64,000 nt of DNA from NCBI GenBank assembly GCA_964486045.1, contig CAZALK010000001.1, positions 456,242 to 520,241 on the forward strand, read 5' to 3'. The stretch is from an uncultured archaeon (GTDB taxonomy: Archaea; Asgardarchaeota; Lokiarchaeia; Sigyniarchaeales; SOKP01). Of the stretch, positions 21,257 to 31,727 are shown one piece after another. Below the pieces are notes generated by a model, which saw nothing but the letters and a program-made list of their open reading frames with translations, was not told where the DNA came from and searched no databases. The position numbers and the translations under genes were made by a program. Every line of letters begins with the position of its first letter. Positions within the stretch are counted from its first letter, which is position 1.

Positions 21257-21517
21257 GTGGGATTAGACAAGTGGCTTAAACCAGAAGAAGAAGGTAAAAA
21301 ACCAAACAGAAAAGATACTGCCTCAGCAAAAGAGAAAAGAAGTCCCGATGAAAAAAGTATAAACGTAGATCCTAAAAAAGTATACAGTACTCTAACAAAA
21401 TATAAACTTACCTGTACAAATTCAAAATGTAAATACCAAAAGACGATTATGAAAAAGCAACTCACAGAAATGGATAAAATTTGTCCAAGATGTAGAAAGG
21501 AAATGAAAAATAAATGA
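21257..21517 (+). CDS. Small zinc-ribbon protein
   Basis: CTNSKC...CPRC. Confidence 0.65.
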   Translation: MGLDKWLKPEEEGKKPNRKDTASAKEKRSPDEKSINVDPKKVYSTLTKYKLTCTNSKCKYQKTIMKKQLTEMDKICPRCRKEMKNK

Positions 21518-21550
21518 GTAATTAATTATTTTTTTTTCAAATTCGTGAAT

Positions 21551-21805
21551 TCAAACATCTCTTTCTTTGATGTGGATCTCGGGAAGATTCCCCAGATCAA
21601 ATTCAGCCTCGCAATTTGGACATGTATTAGGTTTTTTGCTATATTTTAAGATGTAATAAACGATAAACCCCACACCTAAGGTTAGGATTACTAAAAAACA
21701 GAGCAGTTCATGATATTGATGTTCAAAATTCTTACGTCGTAATACAACTTCACGCTCACATGTAGGGCAATACACTGTTCTCTTTACTTTTCTCGTATGT
21801 ATCAA
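21551..21805 (-). CDS. Zinc-ribbon membrane protein (LITAF-like CxxC-hydrophobic-CxxC layout)
   Basis: YCPTC...hydrophobic hairpin...TCPNC. Confidence 0.6.
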   Translation of the reverse strand: MIHTRKVKRTVYCPTCEREVVLRRKNFEHQYHELLCFLVILTLGVGFIVYYILKYSKKPNTCPNCEAEFDLGNLPEIHIKERDV

Positions 21806-22336
21806 CCCATTTTCTAAACAAGTTATTAATATTTATTTTAAATAAATTGAACTCTAATTAACATAAGGATAACTCAATTTCTTTTATATTTTTCGCTGGT
21901 GTTCCAATATTAACAGAATTTTTATCAAGGTATTGATAACTCTTCGTATCACTTTCCCTTCCTAAAATTTCGTTCTCTTCAATTATTTTGCTATAATAAA
22001 TCGCATTATTCGCGCTCTTTGTAAATCTATCTCTTTGGAAAAATGATATTTTCAACATTTTAAAAAAATTAAGATTTTAATAGAACTATCAATACGGAAA
22101 CTGATTTGAGTGTAATGAAAATTAGCAGGAATTGTTTTGCAGGATATAAAATTGACGATAAACTGGAATATCTTGAATTAAAAAGGCATATTGTCAATAT
22201 TAAAATGCTATTGAAATTGGTAAAAATTATAAAATTAAGGATATTTAGTATGAATTAAGCTTTTTTATACTCGATTCGACCAAAATTTATAAATTAGGGG
22301 AAAGATGTTATGGGGAAATAGGAGATTCTTATTTTA

Positions 22337-22489
22337 TTACTTAAATCCGATAAAGACTTTCTTTTCTTCCTTCTTTTCTTTTTTTTCACCAGAAGACAAT
22401 AAGTTCCACGTATTATCTACCCCTAATTCAGTAAGTTTTTGTCTTTCTTCTTCTATTAGTTCTTCTTCCTTTTTTTTTTCTTCACTCAT
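22337..22489 (-). CDS. Small charged protein (50 aa, not in ORF track)
   Basis: MSEEKKKEEELIEEERQKLTELGVDNTWNLLSSGEKKEKKEEKKVFIGFK; TTTATAAA TATA-like box upstream. Confidence 0.5.
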   Translation of the reverse strand: MSEEKKKEEELIEEERQKLTELGVDNTWNLLSSGEKKEKKEEKKVFIGFK

Positions 22490-22675
22490 TACATTCAATT
22501 ATAAATCTTTTGACTCTACTTATTTAGTAGACCTCACATTTATAAAATTTGGGGAAAGAAAAGGTAAAAATTAGAGATAAAAAAGAATCTTTAACATTCT
22601 GAATAAAGTTTTAAATTTGGAATTTAATAATTTATTAAAAAATTATACTTAAATAAAATATAATAGGGAAAAAGA

Positions 22676-23635
22676 ATGGCAAATTGTGCTCACTGTGGGA
22701 ATGAAATCATGGGAGAACCTATTTATTGCAACAACTGTGGACAAGATTATTGTTCTTTGCATAAAGAACCAATAGATCATGAATGTAACATTGTTAGGGA
22801 AAGTTTAAATGCACAACAAATACAGCAGGCTACTTCTTCCTATGCGGATATAAATCACGTTTCACCTACTCAAAATGAGCAAGAATATCAACAAACCCCT
22901 CCTGGTATAGCTCGTGGAACAACAGACGGAACTTATACATGGTTTCGACAAGAAACCCATGTCCCTACAAATGCTTTTGACCCCAATTCGGGGATTAAGT
23001 TTAAGGGAATCCTACTTCCACATTTATCAGAGTTAATCCATCTTATAATTGCCTCAATTTTGATATTTATTATAGGAATTATGATCTTTTTTAAAACTTC
23101 AGGTTTTACTTGGCCCACTTTTATGCTAGCAGGAATTTATATGACTGCTTTCCTTTTCCATGAATTTGGACATCGACAAGCAGCTGTCCGCTTTAAATTA
23201 CAAACAAAATTTAGATTACTTACATTTGGGATGTTTTTAACTATGTTTTCGCTTATTGCTGGCTTAATGCAATTACCAGTACCATCTCTAGCTTTACCAG
23301 GCGCTGTAGTGGTATTAGGATTAGAAAAAGTTAGTAAAAAAACAGGGTTATGTAAAGCGGCTGGACCAGTAGTAAATCTTGTTTATGGTATTGTTTTATT
23401 TGTAATCTCATTCTTAATTCCAGTTTATCCATTAAACTATCTCTTTGTGATTTCTGCTTATTTGAATTTTATGTTAGGCGCTTTCAATATGCTCCCTGTT
23501 GGTATTTTAGATGGACAAAATATTTTAAAATGGAATAAAAAAGTATATATCCTCTTAGCGACATCCTTAGTGGGACTTTTAATAGTGACATTAGTATTAA
23601 CACAAATCCCGGAGTTGCAACTGCTCTATCAATAG
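22676..23635 (+). CDS. AN1-type zinc finger fused to M50 (site-2) metalloprotease
   Basis: CAHC...CNNCGQDYCSLHKEPIDHEC; HEFGH, AGPVVN, FNMLPVGILDG. Confidence 0.88.
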   Translation: MANCAHCGNEIMGEPIYCNNCGQDYCSLHKEPIDHECNIVRESLNAQQIQQATSSYADINHVSPTQNEQEYQQTPPGIARGTTDGTYTWFRQETHVPTNAFDPNSGIKFKGILLPHLSELIHLIIASILIFIIGIMIFFKTSGFTWPTFMLAGIYMTAFLFHEFGHRQAAVRFKLQTKFRLLTFGMFLTMFSLIAGLMQLPVPSLALPGAVVVLGLEKVSKKTGLCKAAGPVVNLVYGIVLFVISFLIPVYPLNYLFVISAYLNFMLGAFNMLPVGILDGQNILKWNKKVYILLATSLVGLLIVTLVLTQIPELQLLYQ

Positions 23636-23845
23636 AAATAGGTTCAAATCTCATTTTATTAAAAGAATATTTATCGTTTGAAGAATGAAATTAGGGTTTT
23701 TAGGGTGTATAAAGAAATTAAAAGAAAAAATGAATAATAATAACCTAAAAAATTATCAAGGATTATACTTTTTTAGAATTATACTATTGGATCTTTTTAT
23801 TCATTCTAAAAAGAAAACGATACAAAAATTCATCTGTGATTTAGA

Positions 23846-24793
23846 TTGACGTATTGCGAATTCTGTGGTGATCAAATTGGTTATCTACCTTTTAATTGTA
23901 AATATTGTGGCGGAACTTTTTGTAAGAAACATAGATTGCCTGAAAATCATGAATGCACATTTGAATTGAAGCATGTACCAATTGAACCTGCAACTCCAAG
24001 AACCTCAAAGAATCGTTATCAAGATGTAGATTTTAAAAAAGTTACTTCTCCAGAATATTTAAATCATGGACCTAAGGTATTAAAGAAATATTTAAAAAGA
24101 CAAGAACGAGAAAAACGAAAAACTCTGAAATCTTATGAGAGCAGCCAAAAATCTTATAACAGACCAACTCAATTTTCAGGTACGAAGACCTTATTTTTAA
24201 TGATAATTCTTTTTTCAATTCTTGGAATTATTTTTAGCCTTAATGAGTTTACTCGATATATATATATGAGTTTGCATAGTTTGATTTTTGATTTTACCTA
24301 CCACACATTATTTACAAGTCTTTTTACTAGTGATACAAGTTATCTTGGGTTATTCTTTTTGGTGATAATGTTAATGTTTCTCTATATTATGGCAAGAAAC
24401 ATCGAGGCAAGAAAGGGATCTAAATTTTTGTTTAAGCTCTACATTATTAGTAGCCTATTTTCTGTATTGTTTTATATCATATTGAGATTATCTCTGCATT
24501 TTTATATGCCAATAGAGTTATTTTCGGTATATGTTGGGTTTGCTTGGGGGGGAATATTAGGAATATTATCATACTCACTTTTTCCAATAATGAATCAGCA
24601 AATTACTGCTATGATGTACTTTCTTCCAATTAAATTGAAAGGCAGAACATTTTTGTATATCATCATATTATTTAGATTATTACCGGGTTTATTGCTTGCT
24701 ATTAGCAGTCCTATATATATATTGTTCTATTTACCAGATTTAGGTGGGATTTTGGGAGCTTATGTACTATACAGAACCCAAGTAGGAAGATAA
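23846..24793 (+). CDS. AN1-type zinc finger fused to rhomboid-fold membrane domain (apparently inactive)
   Basis: CEFC..LPFNCKYCGGTFCKKHRLPENHEC; TLFTSLF, GFAWGG and PDLGGILG align with the rhomboid GxSG and AHLGG positions. Confidence 0.75.
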   Translation: MTYCEFCGDQIGYLPFNCKYCGGTFCKKHRLPENHECTFELKHVPIEPATPRTSKNRYQDVDFKKVTSPEYLNHGPKVLKKYLKRQEREKRKTLKSYESSQKSYNRPTQFSGTKTLFLMIILFSILGIIFSLNEFTRYIYMSLHSLIFDFTYHTLFTSLFTSDTSYLGLFFLVIMLMFLYIMARNIEARKGSKFLFKLYIISSLFSVLFYIILRLSLHFYMPIELFSVYVGFAWGGILGILSYSLFPIMNQQITAMMYFLPIKLKGRTFLYIIILFRLLPGLLLAISSPIYILFYLPDLGGILGAYVLYRTQVGR

Positions 24794-24895
24794 GTAAATT
24801 GTTCACCTTTTCTTTTAAATACATAAAAATTATCTATGAGAATGATTTTATTAATGTAATTCATCTGATTTCAAAACATATATAAAATCTAGATA

Positions 24896-25552
24896 ATGCC
24901 CAACAAAGAAATCTCAACCGTTATTGAGTTAAATGAGGATTTACTTGCCAATAACGATAGATTAGCACAGCAAAATAGTAAGGTTTTAAAGGAACTTAAA
25001 ATAAAATCCATTGATTTTGTGGGAGCTATTGGAGCGGGAAAAACAGCAATTATTGAAGCTATAGTAAAGAGAATTTCAGGGAAATACCGAATCCTCGTAA
25101 TTAATGGTGATGTGACTACCAGAATTGATGCTGATAGGATAAGTAACCATGGTGCTACTACAATTCAAATTAACACGGGTCGGGAATGCTCATTAAATTC
25201 GTATCATATTTCTCAAGTTATAAAAAATTACGATTTAAATGAAATTGATATACTGTTTATTGAGAACGTTGGAAATTTAATTTGTCCTTCAGATTTTATC
25301 CTAGGCGTGGATAAAAGAGTTATTATCGTTTCTATTACTGAAGGTCCATGGGTTGTACGTAAACATCCAATGTTATTTAAATCTTCAGATGTAGCTGTAA
25401 TAAATAAAATAGATTTAATAGATGTAATGGATGTGAACATAGAAAAAATGATAGAGGATGCTGAAAAGATCAATCCTAATCTAAAAATTTTTACCACCAG
25501 TGCGTTAACTGAGGAAAATATAGAGAAGCTAATAAATGAGTTATTAGTTTAA
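24896..25552 (+). CDS. hypB: Hydrogenase nickel-incorporation GTPase HypB
   Basis: GAIGAGKT, QINTG, ENVGNLICP, SITEG, NKIDL. Confidence 0.9.
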   Translation: MPNKEISTVIELNEDLLANNDRLAQQNSKVLKELKIKSIDFVGAIGAGKTAIIEAIVKRISGKYRILVINGDVTTRIDADRISNHGATTIQINTGRECSLNSYHISQVIKNYDLNEIDILFIENVGNLICPSDFILGVDKRVIIVSITEGPWVVRKHPMLFKSSDVAVINKIDLIDVMDVNIEKMIEDAEKINPNLKIFTTSALTEENIEKLINELLV

Positions 25553-25616
25553 ATTAATAATAAAAGTGAAAGAAAATAATATAATAATTAAGTAAAAAAG
25601 TTCTGATGGATATATC

Positions 25617-26033
25617 ATGTCATTTAGACAATATAACACGGAGTTAGGAACTCTAGTAGAAAAAATCGTCAAAGTATATATTGATAAGGATAAATTTTTC
25701 GTTGGACAATTAAAAGGAATTTCAGAAGATTCAAACCTTATTCTTATTAATGCAAAAAATGAAAAAAATAAAGTATTTCCAAAATTGTTTATAAGAAGTA
25801 ATTTTTATAATTTTGTAAGTTTAGAAGAAGAACCATTCCCTATGGTTGCACTGAGCGACCGGATAGCCACTGTTTTCTCTAAGGGACATGTAAATTATAT
25901 TGAAGATCAAAATATAATCTCGATATTAAGTGGTAAAATCGTTGTGGACGAACATGGTGTGAAAGGGACAGGGCCTAGCGCTGAAAGGGTAAAAAAAATT
26001 TATGAACAATTTAAGATGGATCTAGAAGATTAA
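25617..26033 (+). CDS. Lsm/Sm-like RNA-binding protein with C-terminal domain (SmAP3-like)
   Basis: Sm1-like FVGQLKGISEDSNLILINA and Sm2-like LFIRSN, followed by an archaeal Lsm_C-type tail. Confidence 0.8.
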   Translation: MSFRQYNTELGTLVEKIVKVYIDKDKFFVGQLKGISEDSNLILINAKNEKNKVFPKLFIRSNFYNFVSLEEEPFPMVALSDRIATVFSKGHVNYIEDQNIISILSGKIVVDEHGVKGTGPSAERVKKIYEQFKMDLED

Positions 26034-26061
26034 CTATAGTTTTCAAATTTTTTAATTTATT

Positions 26062-26568
26062 TTATTCTTTAAACAATTCTAATAAATTCTTTAGTTGGAT
26101 ACCTGGAATTATATTTTTCATAATCGCCTTCCCTAATGGTGCTACTTTTATTATTCCTAGCTCTTCAAACTTTCTTAAATAATCATTCTCAATTAAAAAT
26201 TGGATATCTGTATCCCAAATTTCATTAAACATTTCTTTAAGATCTTCAATTTTTATATTCTCATCTATTTCTTTGCTTAAAGCTAAAATTAAAGCTAAAG
26301 ATCCGTATTGAGAAGGTGAAACTTTATCATCTTTACCCTCAGAAGTTAAAATATAAAACCTCTGTTCAAGAAATGTTGTTTTAATTAGTTCAAACCCAAT
26401 ATTCTGTAAATTTACATAAATATCGCTCATTATTAGTTCAAAATCAAAATCTTTGCTCAAATTTTTAAGATCTTCTTCTCTAATCATCATTTGAGGATTT
26501 GTTAAAATGATTTTAGTAATATTTTTAATAGCTTCTTCAATATTTTCTAGTTCCATTTTTAAAATCAC
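26062..26568 (-). CDS. Tandem winged-helix protein, possible KITE (ScpB/MukE/JetB/Nse-like)
   Basis: 168 aa; IYVNLQNIGFELI, SPSQYGSLALIL, FLIENDYL..VAPLG; follows the SMC-like gene. Confidence 0.45.
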   Translation of the reverse strand: MILKMELENIEEAIKNITKIILTNPQMMIREEDLKNLSKDFDFELIMSDIYVNLQNIGFELIKTTFLEQRFYILTSEGKDDKVSPSQYGSLALILALSKEIDENIKIEDLKEMFNEIWDTDIQFLIENDYLRKFEELGIIKVAPLGKAIMKNIIPGIQLKNLLELFKE

Positions 26569-28202
26569 TAACTTTCTTGAATTGTTATTACATTTAAGTT
26601 TTTAATTTCTTTTTTCATCTCTAAATTTGAAAGAAGAAATATTAAGTTAAATCCTAAGAAATCTTCCCGGGCAAACAGAGGAAGTATTTTTTTAATAGTT
26701 CTAAATATAGAACCTGCTTTATTAAAATTGCTTGGGATAAATAAATTTGAAAAAATTATATTATTATTTTTTAGTTGAATTTCTATTGATATGAAATATA
26801 TTATGATGAAAAAAATCTTTTCTGGAGTAGTTAATTCCCCGAAAGTGATTTGATTTTTATTATTTCGAGTGAATGACAGCTGAATATTGAATATTTTATT
26901 ATTATCACTTAAAAGCACTTGGAAATGTGATTGTAAATTTATTTTTGACGAAAAAATGTTAATAATATCTTCAAGATCGTTAATTATAATCTCTAACTTT
27001 TGAAAAGATTCAAAAATCTTTTCAAATTCACTTTCATTTTTCCTTAATTTAACTTCATTTTCTATTACACTTGCTGTGTCATTAATCTGATTTAATTTTT
27101 CAATTATACGAGATAAATCCCTCGGATTTTGCGAGTTAATTAAATTATTGGGAATTGATATGGATTTTAGCTCAGAGCTCGTATTGTTAATCTCTTCTTC
27201 GATTTCTTGGATTGATCTAAAGGATTTTAAATCAATTTTTTCATAGTCAGGGTAAGAATCTTTTTCTTTCTCCTTGATTTTTTCTTTTACCTTACTTTTT
27301 AATTCCTCTATTTTATTTGCATCATTCTTTATTAAATCGTTAAGTTTTTGATAATCATGCTTGTATGTCTGATAAAGAGGGTTGAACTCTTCATATTTTA
27401 AGTTTATTTCACTTAATTTTAAGCTCAGTTCCTTGATCTCAATTTGTGCGTCTTTTGCTTTCTTTTGGAATAATTTGATTTTTTGAGCGTTAGATAAATT
27501 ATCATCAATTTCTACTTTTCTCTCTGATTTTTCTTTCTGATTTATAGAATTCCCAGACATCTCTCGAGTTATTTTATTAATGAGGCTAAAGCTATCCTTT
27601 TTTAATTTTGTTAATTCTTGTATCCTTGAGGTATACCCTATTATTGTTTTTGTAAATTGATCTTTTTGATTTTTTCGTTTAACAAAATCCTCTTCTAAAT
27701 ATTTTAATTTCTTTCTGTTGCTTCCCATTGACTTATCTAATTTTTGTAGTAAATCTGTTATAGCTGTAATATCACTAAATTGTTTATATCTTTCTGTAAT
27801 TTCTAATTCTTTTGTCAGTTGTTCTTTTTTTTTTTGAAACTTATTGACTTTGAACAACAGAATCAAGGTTTGAGTAAATTCATTGTAATGAGAAAGGATC
27901 TCAAGATTTTTTTCTAGAATGTTATTAAATTCTTCAAATATGTTCAATAATTCAAGAGATTTCTTTAAATTACTGAATTTACCAGATCCTTTTTGATAAA
28001 CATTGATAAATTTCTCTAGTGAGATTAAATGTAAATCTTTTAAAATTTCGGAGAAAGCTTCATTTTTAAAATTTTCAGCTAATTTTCCTTTAAATTTTCC
28101 CTTAATTAAAGTGAACCTTTCTTGAATTGATATCTCCTTTGAACCAATAGAAACTTTAAAATTTTTTGTCTGAATTTTAAAACACTTTATATTTTTAATT
28201 AT
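26568..28202 (-). CDS. Degenerate SMC/Rad50-like coiled-coil protein (frame open to 28202; probable ATA/ATT start)
   Basis: Long coiled coil; C-terminal GELTTPEKIFFIIIYFISI at the ABC-signature position. The frame stays open ~85 codons upstream of the track start, up to the stop of the previous gene. Confidence 0.55.
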   Translation of the reverse strand: MIKNIKCFKIQTKNFKVSIGSKEISIQERFTLIKGKFKGKLAENFKNEAFSEILKDLHLISLEKFINVYQKGSGKFSNLKKSLELLNIFEEFNNILEKNLEILSHYNEFTQTLILLFKVNKFQKKKEQLTKELEITERYKQFSDITAITDLLQKLDKSMGSNRKKLKYLEEDFVKRKNQKDQFTKTIIGYTSRIQELTKLKKDSFSLINKITREMSGNSINQKEKSERKVEIDDNLSNAQKIKLFQKKAKDAQIEIKELSLKLSEINLKYEEFNPLYQTYKHDYQKLNDLIKNDANKIEELKSKVKEKIKEKEKDSYPDYEKIDLKSFRSIQEIEEEINNTSSELKSISIPNNLINSQNPRDLSRIIEKLNQINDTASVIENEVKLRKNESEFEKIFESFQKLEIIINDLEDIINIFSSKINLQSHFQVLLSDNNKIFNIQLSFTRNNKNQITFGELTTPEKIFFIIIYFISIEIQLKNNNIIFSNLFIPSNFNKAGSIFRTIKKILPLFAREDFLGFNLIFLLSNLEMKKEIKNLNVITIQES

Positions 28203-29239
28203 TGTTCCTCAAAATGATCTTTATAATGCCGGTATTCTTTTTCTTTTTTTCTTTTTCTTTCCCTAACAAGATCTAGTGGATCTTCTTCATCATCTTTTTG
28301 AATTAAGTATTTATCAGCAAAAGTTTTGTTAAATTTTGATTTAAATTTTTCAATTTTTTCTGAAATTTCTTTGCTGATTTCTATTTCTTTAACTTTTTTG
28401 CCGTTCTTAGTAGTAAAATTTAATTTTTCCCTGTATTTCTTACGTCTCTTTCTATCGAATTCACTATCAGATAGCTTCAAATAATCATCATATGTTTCCT
28501 TATGTTCTTCTTGTTTTTTTTTTAATTTTTTAAATTCTTCTTTTTCTTTTGTTTTTTTTACAATTTCTCTTTTTACCTTCAATTCCTGTTGAGTTAAATT
28601 TTTCTCAATTATTTGAAGAAATTCCTTAAATGACAACTCCTTATCTTCTAAAAAGTTTTTCTTATATTCTTTGATTAATAATGCATCTGTGCCTTTAGGA
28701 ATTTTACTGACTTCTAATTTCAGTTTTTCCTGTACTACTTTTACATAATAAAATTCAACCTTTTTCAAAATTGTCAAAAATAATGAGTTCTGATGCAAAG
28801 AATCCAACATTTCAAACCATTGAGAAACTTCCAAAGAAGGAGTGTAGGAAATTTTATGAATTAATTTACTAATCTTTCTATTTTCAATCAGAAATAATCC
28901 TATTTTTCTTAATGGATCTTCGTTTAATTTTAACTTCTTTATTTTTTCTTGGTTAATCTCCTTGTACTTTCTAATCAACCCCTCTTGAAAATATAACAAT
29001 CTGCTTACATTTTCCTTTGCAATTTTTTGTAGTTTATTTCTTGTAATTATCAACAAATCATATAATTCCTCAACTTGGGAAAGAAATTTTTCTTCTGAAA
29101 AACTTTCCATTGCTGATTGTTTCCATGTTTCGACTTTTAACGATTGATTGGTTAATTGGTGAACTTTAGACTGGAGCACGTCGATAGAAGAGGTAAGCTC
29201 CTTAATTTTTTCAAGATTAAATACTTGATTTTCCATCAT
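28199..29239 (-). CDS. Coiled-coil hypothetical protein
   Basis: K/E-rich helical ORF within the cluster. Confidence 0.7.
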   Translation of the reverse strand: MMENQVFNLEKIKELTSSIDVLQSKVHQLTNQSLKVETWKQSAMESFSEEKFLSQVEELYDLLIITRNKLQKIAKENVSRLLYFQEGLIRKYKEINQEKIKKLKLNEDPLRKIGLFLIENRKISKLIHKISYTPSLEVSQWFEMLDSLHQNSLFLTILKKVEFYYVKVVQEKLKLEVSKIPKGTDALLIKEYKKNFLEDKELSFKEFLQIIEKNLTQQELKVKREIVKKTKEKEEFKKLKKKQEEHKETYDDYLKLSDSEFDRKRRKKYREKLNFTTKNGKKVKEIEISKEISEKIEKFKSKFNKTFADKYLIQKDDEEDPLDLVRERKRKKEKEYRHYKDHFEEQ

Positions 29240-29263
29240 TAATTATCTTTGGATTTATTTTCA

Positions 29264-30373
29264 TTATATTTCTGGGGGTGAAGGCAAATTTTTTCTTACT
29301 TCCTTTGAATTGTTGGTTCTTCGGGCAAAAATTCTATCGCTACTCATTACGTCCTGTCTTTCTACATGAATAGCAGTGCCACCGACTAAACTTAACGAGT
29401 TATAAAAAATATCATAAGTAAGAAGCTCAGTATTTATTGCTTTAAACAGTGCAACTTTTGTTCCTCTTTCAATATCTGAACCGGAATATCCAAAAGTCAA
29501 TTTTAAAAGACCTTCTATTTTAATTTTTTTAGCAATCTCACTCCAAAAAAGATCACCATCGAACTCAGAAATTATACTCCCTAGTTTTTTTTCTAAATTT
29601 TTTTTTATCGTTTGAATTTCGTCATATTCAGCATTTAACTTCGTAAATATTGAGTTGTCTATCCCTATTTTTGCATCCTTTATTTTATTGATGAAAGATT
29701 CAAGTATTTTTTTTCGCAAGCGGTAATTAGGAAAGTCGAAGCTGAAATGGAAGGTGAAACGACGCCATATAGCGGAATCAAGTTGATGTTGATGATTTGT
29801 AGCACCAAATATCGCTAAAGGTACTCCTTCATAATTAACTCTGTCAATAACTTGAAGAAAGGAAATTACTGCACGCTTAATTTCTCCAACCTCGTGAATG
29901 TTTGATCTTTCAGAGCCAACTGCGTCAATTTCGTCAAAAAAGAGAATAAAAGCCCCTCTCTCCTTTGAAATTTCTGCAGCTAATTCAACCACATCTCTTA
30001 TATTCTTTATTGTATCACCTAGTAGTGGAGATACAAGTCGATCAGATTCTACTATGCATAAAGGAATATTATATTTCTTGGCGAATCCTCTTGTTAATGA
30101 AGTTTTACCTGTGCCTGGAGGACCATATAAAAGGACTGTTAAATTGGGATTTAATTTTGTTTGTTTTAATTGTTCCATAAATTCGTCATATTTCATCAGA
30201 GCTTTAAAAAAATCGTCCAATAATTCTTTTTTAACTTCATTTCCTAAAATATCTTCTACGGATTCTTTGATATCAGAGGAAAAATATACAGCACCATATT
30301 TACCAAGACGTTCCTTAATAATTTCATCTGTAAAGGTAATGTTTAATCCATTTTCTTCTTTTTGCTTGCTAAT
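29264..30373 (-). CDS. AAA+ ATPase (classical clade); probable ATT start at 30373
   Basis: GPPGTGKT, FFDEID, GATN..LDSAIWRRF, GYSGSDI. The in-frame upstream extension ISKQKEENG...EDILGNEVKKELL contains the typical AAA N-linker. Confidence 0.85.
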   Translation of the reverse strand: MSKQKEENGLNITFTDEIIKERLGKYGAVYFSSDIKESVEDILGNEVKKELLDDFFKALMKYDEFMEQLKQTKLNPNLTVLLYGPPGTGKTSLTRGFAKKYNIPLCIVESDRLVSPLLGDTIKNIRDVVELAAEISKERGAFILFFDEIDAVGSERSNIHEVGEIKRAVISFLQVIDRVNYEGVPLAIFGATNHQHQLDSAIWRRFTFHFSFDFPNYRLRKKILESFINKIKDAKIGIDNSIFTKLNAEYDEIQTIKKNLEKKLGSIISEFDGDLFWSEIAKKIKIEGLLKLTFGYSGSDIERGTKVALFKAINTELLTYDIFYNSLSLVGGTAIHVERQDVMSSDRIFARRTNNSKEVRKNLPSPPEI

Positions 30374-30396
30374 TTTCGTTCAACTATTTTTGTATT

Positions 30397-31701
30397 TTAT
30401 TTTTTATTTCTTTTATCAAATTTTTTACAAAAACTACCAATTTTATTAATGAAATCTTTAATGTTATCAATTTGAGAGCCAATAAAATTGAAAATTTCCT
30501 TGCGATATTGAACTGAATCCCTAATTTTCATTTTATCAACTCCTAAATAATTGGGAAAACATATGAGTTTCATTAGATAAGGGAGAATTTTCTCATTTGT
30601 TTGTAAGTCTTTAAAAATCGTATAAAAAATATTCTCGTTAGATAATTTCCATTTTAAAATACCCATATAAATTAAAAAAGCAAAATTCATTGAAATCCAA
30701 TTTACTAATTCTTTTGAAAGAAATCCTCTTCGTTGAGATGAGAATGCTAAGTAATAAATAATTAGTGTTTCATTGCTGAATTGAGGTAATAGCCTTATGG
30801 TTCCATCTGATTGTTTATTTTCACGTAAGAAATTATTTTCCAAAAGAATATTCACAAAATCTTCATGTGGTGCAAGGAAAATACCATCAATTAACCTTAA
30901 ACCTAAACGTTCAGCAATTTTTTCTATGGCATCTTCCTCAGGATTGGCAATTGACTCAATATAAGGCAAGAATACATCATTTTTTAAAATCATGGGGATT
31001 TCATGGTTTTTCATTTCAGGGAATTCTCCAAAATTTGGATCTAAATTGTAAAGAGATGTTATATTATTAATAATTTGATATATTTTTGGGGATATTCCCG
31101 GGATTTCAAAATAATCAGAGCTCTCTAATTTTTCCCTGTAATAAGTATGAGGTTGTAATATATGTCGTTGGCATTCATAAAAATCTCTGGAATTATTTAA
31201 TAATTTCTCATAAATAATTGCTAAATTTGAACCTCTTGGAAATATTTTTTCTTCGATATATTTTACTAATTGATATAAGTATGTGTTTTCGATATCGTGT
31301 TCGTCAGGGTTGGTTATATGCTGTAAAACGTTTAAAGCATTAACAGACTCATGGAGAAACTCTATAATATAATCTTTAATATCAATTATACGAATATCCT
31401 CTCGATATTTAATAATGAAATCTTTAATTATTTCATACACATTTGATCTATACATGGCAGAAAATTCTGATAAAGCTCTTACTTTTCTAACACTTCTTTT
31501 TTCTTCTTCTTGTAGGATTTTATCTAGAATTTCTGTGTCTAATAACAAATCTGGATCTAATTCTATGATAATTCTTCTAGTTTCTCTCAAAATAGGCCGC
31601 ATATGACTTATAAACGTTAAATATCTCGGAAGAATATCTGTCCATTTTTCCCTCTTTCTTCCAGGTTTTCTAGTTCTAATACTTTTTTTTTTATAACTCA
31701 T
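30397..31701 (-). CDS. Hypothetical protein
   Basis: 434-aa ORF in co-oriented cluster. Confidence 0.75.
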   Translation of the reverse strand: MSYKKKSIRTRKPGRKREKWTDILPRYLTFISHMRPILRETRRIIIELDPDLLLDTEILDKILQEEEKRSVRKVRALSEFSAMYRSNVYEIIKDFIIKYREDIRIIDIKDYIIEFLHESVNALNVLQHITNPDEHDIENTYLYQLVKYIEEKIFPRGSNLAIIYEKLLNNSRDFYECQRHILQPHTYYREKLESSDYFEIPGISPKIYQIINNITSLYNLDPNFGEFPEMKNHEIPMILKNDVFLPYIESIANPEEDAIEKIAERLGLRLIDGIFLAPHEDFVNILLENNFLRENKQSDGTIRLLPQFSNETLIIYYLAFSSQRRGFLSKELVNWISMNFAFLIYMGILKWKLSNENIFYTIFKDLQTNEKILPYLMKLICFPNYLGVDKMKIRDSVQYRKEIFNFIGSQIDNIKDFINKIGSFCKKFDKRNKK

Positions 31702-31727
31702 TTATAAAATGGACACCCTTTATATTC

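Noticed and set aside
21858-22058. 66-aa ORF
   Set aside because: No recognisable motif or RBS; probably spurious or a remnant.
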